From the NCBI GenBank assembly GCA_028826165.1, contig JAPDFW010000076.1, positions 1-64,000 on the forward strand: a stretch of DNA of 64,000 nt. The letters run 5' to 3'. Source of the DNA: Anaeramoeba ignava BMAN (lineage: Eukaryota > Protista > Anaeramoebae). This document shows positions 57,466 through 64,000 of this stretch, one piece after another (position 1 is the stretch's first letter; each line of letters begins with the position of its first letter). The notes beneath the pieces are model-generated. The model had not been told where the DNA came from and searched no databases. It worked only from the letters and a program-made list of their open reading frames with translations. Both the position numbers and the translations under genes were made by a program.

Positions 57466-60400
57466 ATGGATTCAAATACAGAAAAAATTAATAAGAAAAA
57501 AAATCCCCCTAAAAAAAAACAAAAAGAAAAAGAAAAAAAACAAAAAGAAAAAGAAAAAGAAAAAGAAAAAAATATAGAAAATAAAGAGATGAATATACCA
57601 AGTCAAAGTTTGAAAGATAATGCATTAAAAAGAAACAATTCAGAAAGCAATGAAATGCTAAATCAAAGTGGTAAAATTTTCCCACATTCTGCTGATACAA
57701 CTGCCGTTATGAGAATAGGAACAAAAAGTATTGTTTATGATGTCAATGATCCTCGTTTGAGAACAGTTCCTTGTAAATATTGGATTAAGGGTACTTGCAA
57801 ATTGGGTGATAAATGTAGATTTCTTCATGGAACTCAAGTTTGTTTTTTATTTTTTGAAATTTTTTAATTTATTTTGAATTTAAAATTAAAATTGATTTTG
57901 AATTTGAATTTGAAATTGAATTTGAAATTGAAATTGATTTATAAATTGATATTGAAATTGAAATTGATTTATAAATTGAAATTGATTTAGAAATAGAAAT
58001 TGATTTAGAAATTGAAATTGATTTAGAAATTGAAATTGATTTAGAAATTGAAATTGATTTAGAAATTGAAATTGATTTAGAAATTGATATTGAAATTGAT
58101 TTATAAATTGAAATTGAAATTGATTTATAAATTGAAATTGAAATTGATTTATAAATTGAAATTGATTTATAAATTGAAATTGATTTATAAATTGAAATTG
58201 ATTTATAAATTGAAATTGAAATTGATTTATAAATTGAAATTGAAATTGATTTAGAAATTGATATTGAAATTGATTTATAAATTGAAATTGAAATTGATTT
58301 ATAAATTGAAATTGAAATTGATTTATAAATTGAAATTGATTTATAAATTGAAATTGATTTATAAATTGAAATTTATTTAGAAATTGAAATTGAAATTGAT
58401 TTATAAATTGATTTATAAATTGAAATTGATTTATAAATTGAAATTGATTTATAAATTGAAATTGATTTATAAATTGAAATTGATTTATAAATTGAAATTG
58501 ATTTATAAATAGAAATTGATTTATAAATTGAAATTGATTTAGAAATTGATTTATAAATTGAAATTGATTTATAAATTGAAATTGATTTAGAAATTGAAAT
58601 TGATTTAGAAATTGAAATTGAATTTGAAATTGAATTTGAAATTGATTTAGAAATTGATTTAGAAATTGATTTAGAAATTGATTTATAAATTGAAATTGAT
58701 TTATAAATTGAAATTGATTTAGAAATTGAAATTGATTTAGAAATTGAAATTGAATTTGAAATTGAAATTGAAATTGAATTTGAAATTGATTTAGAAATTG
58801 ATTTAGAAATAGAAATTGAAATTGATTTAGAAATTAAAATGGAAATCAAAATTTATATTAAAATTTTTAATTAAAATCCTTAATAATTTCATAGCGTTCT
58901 GAAGATCCACGAAGACCTGAATATCACAAACTTCCAAAAATTAAATCATCACCTAATCTTCAAAAACAACAAGAAGATGCAGCAGAAGAAGAAAAAAGAC
59001 AACAAGAACAAATGGAATCACAAAACATAACAAAAGAATCGAATATTGAATCAATACAATCAATTCCACCTCAAGTATTTTAATTGAAAAAAAAAACATA
59101 AGATTTTATTTTGAAAAAAAAAATTTTCCCCAAATTTTTGAACTAACCAAAAAAAATTTTTTTTCTTTTTAAAAATTAATAGAATTTTCAAATTCATTTA
59201 AATGGTAATTGCTTTATCAAAAAAATGTTGGATAAATTTTTTTATGATTTTTGGAAAATAAATTATTTTAAAATAGAATATGAACCTTTTATGTTAACAT
59301 CTAGTCTTTCTTATCAAGAGAATGTTTTTCGTTATGGAAGACATCCTTATCTCCATATAGCTGTTTTATTTTCTAATGATTCAAAAGTTAGACATTATTC
59401 TTATGAAATTCGGAATAAATTTGTTGTAAATGGAATTGATACTTATTTACAAACAGAAATTGAACCAAGTGGATGTAAATAAATATTTTCAACTATTTTC
59501 AAATATTATTTTATTTAATTTTAATTATTTTAATATTTGATTTTATTATTTTCAAATATTTTTATATTATTTTTATTTGATTTAAATATTTAAATATTTA
59601 ATTTAAATTTGAATTTTATTTATTTTATTATTTGATTTAAATTTTAATATTTGAATTTTATTATTTGATTTAAATATTTGATTTAAATTTGAATTTTATT
59701 TATTTTATTATTTGATTTAAATTTGAATTTTAATATTTAAATATTTTCAACTATTTTCAAATATTATTTTATTTGATTTAAATATTTAAATGTTTTATTT
59801 TAATATTTTGATTTTATAATTTGAATTTTATTTATTTTAAAATTTGAATGGATTTATTTAATTTTAAATTTGAATTTTATTTATTTTAATATTTGATTTA
59901 AATATTTAAATATTTAATTTAAATTTGAATTTTATTATTTTAATATTTGGTTTTTATTATTTGAATTTTAATATTTTAACTATTATTTAATTATTTGATT
60001 TTATTATTTGATTTTAAAAATATTTTATTTAAATTTAAATAAAATATTAAAATATTTAAATATTTAATTTAAATTTGAATTTTATTTATTTTAATATTTG
60101 ATTTAAATATTTAAATATTTAAATCAAATATCAAATAATATTTAAATAAAATATTTATTTTATTATTTGATTTTAATTTGAATTTTATTTAGATATTCAA
60201 ATAAAAATGTTAGAAAAAAAACATGTCAAGTTAAAAAGATGGAAAATTAGTTGAAATGGATGTTTCAAATTTAATTGAATCAAATATTGAGTCAAAAGAA
60301 TAATTAATAAAGATTTGGTTTTTTATTACCATCACTTAATTTAAAGCAATATGATGTAAAAATATTTAAATCAAATAATAAAATATTTAAATCAAATAAT

Positions 60401-62114
60401 AAAATAATAAAATAATAAAATAATAAAATAATAAATAATATTTAAATAAAATAATAAAATATTTAAATCAAATATTAAAATATTTAAATCAAATATTAAA
60501 ATATTTAAATCAAATAATAAAATATTAAAATATTTTACTTAAATATAGAAACTTTCAGAAATCCAATTATTACAAATCCTCTCAAGAATCACAAACGTTA
60601 CAAATATCAATGAAAGAACACTAAGACTACAACAGGATATTGATCTAATGGAAAACACCAAAGAAAATAACAGAACAGTTTCACTTGAGCAAGTGGAACA
60701 ATCAACCAAAAACGTTCGACATTTTTTACATTCATTATTAATTTCACAAAAAACAGTCACTGAATTAGAAATTGAATCACAACCACAAAAAGAAATTCGC
60801 AAAGAAAAAGGCAAAATTGTTGCGAAAGGATATATTGCTCGAAACGAATCACCCAAAATCACTCCAATAATTAAATTTCAACTTGAGGAACTTTTGCGAC
60901 ATAAAATCCAACAAATCCAAGAAATAAGCGATCAAATCTTTAGTTTCTCACAAAACAGAACAGAAAACACCGGAGTGTTCAACATGATCCCAAACGAAAT
61001 GGGAATTCCAAAAAATCCACAAGAACCGTTAATGAAAAGTTCAGAAGATTTTTTTCCCGAAAGCGAAGAATCATTCTCACTTGATTCCCCTCAACAAAGC
61101 TTGAAAAAGAACATGGAAAACATGAGTTTGAATCGGGAAAACTTTAGCGCACGAACACCACAAGAATACACACAAACATATTTTGGACAACCAACAGATC
61201 AATTACAAAATAGGGACATTCTCAACAAATCAAACACACCAAACACAAATGGAGATATTCATCCTTATAGCCATCCAGGACCTGGTTTGTACCAACAATT
61301 CCCTAACGGAATGAGACGAACCGTTGACGAACGCACTAATCCCCAATTTATCCCCAACCAGCAATCCCCATACTGGCAAGAAAATGACAACCCAAGAACT
61401 CCATCTCCAATGATGTCAGAAATCCCGCAAATTAGTCCTTATAAAAACGGTTATTATGAACAAAACATCCCTTCTTGGACACAAATACCCACTCGTAAAT
61501 ACCCCCAAAATAGATTCTCTCAAACCCCTCAAGATTCTTCTCCTCTTGATCATCCAGGTCTCAATGAAAATTCCCATCCCGATTTTCAATTCAAAAATTT
61601 TTCTGCTGAAGATCACAGAAATCCTAACATAAAATCCAATAATTCAATGTTCTCCTTTCCTGATAATTATGAATCTCTCAAAACAAGTTATTCTCATAAG
61701 CTTCAAATTCCTTCTCGGAATCAAAATTATTCAATTCAAAATCAATACGCTCAAAATTCACAATTTAAAAATTCTCAAATAAACCAAGAAGATTTTAATT
61801 TCCAAAATTCTCAATTTAAAAATTCTCAAACAAATCATCGAGATTTTAATTTCCAAAATTCTCCAAATTCTCAATTTAAAAATTCTCAAACAAACCAAGA
61901 AGATTTTAATTTCCAAAATTCTCCAAATTCTCAATTTAAAAATTCTCAAATAAATCATCAAGATTTTAATTTCCAAAATCCTCCAAATTCTCAAAACCAA
62001 TTTCCACACAACAAAAATACTGATTACTTTGGAAATTCCTTATCTTCTTATTCAATATTCTCTCCAAATCAACATACTTTGTACCAAATTTCAAAACCAA
62101 GAAGTTTCAAATAA
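57466..62114 (+). CDS. CCCH zinc-finger protein, multi-exon, with Q/N/P/S-rich C-terminus; one exon (~60193-60355) appears to carry indels
   Basis: RTVPCKYWIKGTCKLGDKCRFLHG. Exons bounded by GT-AG at about 57837, 58894-59074, 59278-59474 and 60549-62114. Confidence 0.7.
57870..58850. repeat. 18-bp-type satellite (AAATTGAAATTGATTTA[T/G])n in the CCCH gene intron
   Basis: Direct reading of the sequence. Confidence 0.9.
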
Positions 62115-62502
62115 TTCACTTTTATTAAATATACCGCTTTCTTTACTTCTTCTTCTTCTTCTTTTTTTTTTGATCCACTTTTTTTCTGTTTTTGCTTTTT
62201 TTTTTTTTGATTGATTTCCAGATTCATTCATAGTTTCGATTAGTAAGGATAAGTTTTTTGTTTTGTTTCAAACTTTATGATTTTTCATTTGAATAAAGCT
62301 AATCAATTCAATTTTTAATTTTTTTTATTTTTTAGTAATTTTTAAAAAATAATTACTAATTATTTTTTTTTTATTTTTTTGATTTTTTATTGATCGATTT
62401 TTTATTTATTATTTTTTTATCCATTTTTTGATTTTCATTTCTTTTCTTTTCTGTTTTTATTTTTTTTATTTCTTTTATTTCTTTTTATTTCTTTTTTTAT
62501 TC

Positions 62503-63398
62503 ATGTCACAAGATAAAATTATTATTGTTTTAGTTGGAAGTGGATCAGGTTTGCTTTTTAAAAAAACTTTTTCTTTTTTAATTAAAATAGATAAAATAGA
62601 TAAAATAGATAATTGATAAAACAATTTTATTAAAAATAAACTTATAAATAAATCCAGAAAATAATAAAAAATATTAAAAAAAAAAAAGCAAAAACAATTG
62701 ATATAAACAAAAAATTTAAATTAAAAAAAATTAAAATAAAAATAAAATATAATTTAAAATTTCAAATTATGATCCTTATTACAAAAACCATTTATTAATT
62801 TGATCTCTTTTAAATTTTAAATTAATAAATTAATAAATAAATTTAAAGTTGGTAAGTCTTGTACTGCTTTAAGATATATTCAATCTAAATTTGTTGAAGA
62901 TTATGATCCAACTATCGGTAAATATAAAAAAATACACATATTTAAATAATAATATAAAATAACTAAAAATAGATATAAAATTAAATGTCTTTTTTTTTTT
63001 CCGTTTTTTATTATTAAGACAATTTTCATCCCTTTTATTTTTATTTAAAATTTTTAATTTTTAATTTTGTAAATTGAATTGTTCAATTTTTATTAATTTT
63101 TTCTTTTGAGATCGTTATTGATTTGCTTTGAGTTAAATTTGAATTGATATTTATTTTCTTTAAAACAAAACAAATTAAATTAAATTAAATAGATTTTTTT
63201 TTTATTTTAAATTCAATCCCCTATTTTTAAATAAAAAATTTAAATTTAAATTTTAATTTTAATTTTAATTTTAATTTAATTTTAATTTTAATTTTAGAGG
63301 AAAGTTATCGTAAAATGGTTATTGTAGATCAAATTGCCACAATGTTAGAGGTTATTGATACAGCTGGGCAAGAAGAATATCGATCAGTTCGTGATAAA
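62503..63398 (+). CDS. Second Ras-family GTPase; first three exons only (62503-62548, 62849-62917, 63298-63398), continues beyond the window
   Basis: MSQDKIIIVLVGSGSVGKSCTALRYIQSKFVEDYDPTIEESYRKMVIVD..VIDTAGQEEYRSVRDK. Confidence 0.9.
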
Positions 63399-64000
63399 GT
63401 AATTGAAAATTAAAATTCATTTAAAATCAAGATTAAAATCAAAATCAAATTCAAAATCAAAATTAAAATTCATTTAAAATCAAAATCAAAATCAAAATTC
63501 ATTTATAAAATCAAAATCAAAATTAAAATCAAAATCAAAATCAAAATCAAAATCAAAATCAAAATCAAAATCAAAATCAAAATTCATTTATAAAATCAAA
63601 ATTAAAATTCATTTACAAAATCAAAATTAAAATCAAAATCAAAATCAAAATTAAAACTAAAATCAAAATCAAAATTAAAATCAAAATCAAAATCAAAATC
63701 AAAATCAAAATCAAAATGAAAATTAAAATTAAAACTAAAATTCATTTATAAAATCAAAATTAAAATCAAAATCAAAATCAAAATTAAAATTCATTTACAA
63801 AATCAAAATTAAAATCAAAATCAAAATCAAAATTAAAACTAAAATCAAAATCAAAATCAAAAATCAAAATCAAAATCAAAATAAAAAATATAAAATCAAA
63901 ATCAAAAAAATTAAAATTAAAACTAAAATTCATTTATAAAATCAAAATTAAAATCAAAATTAAAATCAAAATCAAAATTAAAATCAAAATCAAAATCAAA

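Noticed and set aside
18978-63120. Recurrent GATCGTT word in three introns (~18980, ~41816, ~63110)
   Set aside because: Inconsistent orientation and position; too short to support a function.

Overview
Extremely AT-rich, gene-dense, intron-containing eukaryotic (protist) nuclear DNA using the standard code. Composition, satellite-filled introns and a nuclear intein suggest an Anaeramoeba-like metamonad; this is inference. About 19 genes can be reconstructed, most of them spliced at GT-AG introns. In order: a frameshifted BEACH-WD40 gene, a divergent ALG6-like glycosyltransferase, a Nudix hydrolase, a SPO16/PTD(ERCC1-like) candidate, a copine-like protein, a PQ-loop transporter, a SMARCAL1/HARP-like SNF2 protein, IFRD, a DEAH helicase (DHX33-like), otubain, an F-BAR/2xSH3 protein, Ras, LSm5, TM9SF, UBE2G, a RA-PH-PX-ankyrin scaffold, a METTL23-like methyltransferase, a CCCH zinc-finger protein and a second Ras that runs off the window. 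The standout feature is a 388-aa intein (24003-22840, minus strand) inserted at the Walker A GK|T of the SMARCAL1-like protein. Its splicing residues are intact, its LAGLIDADG endonuclease looks degenerate, and the host ATPase motifs also look dead. Other notable patterns: a ~145-bp x ~14 tandem satellite; a Trichomonas-like TCATTT initiator motif before most genes; poly(A)-type 3' splice sites; and a strand-specific AAAATTCATTTATAAAA motif shared by the satellite introns of about 8 unrelated genes. Most long low-complexity ORFs in the supplied track are artefacts of microsatellites.
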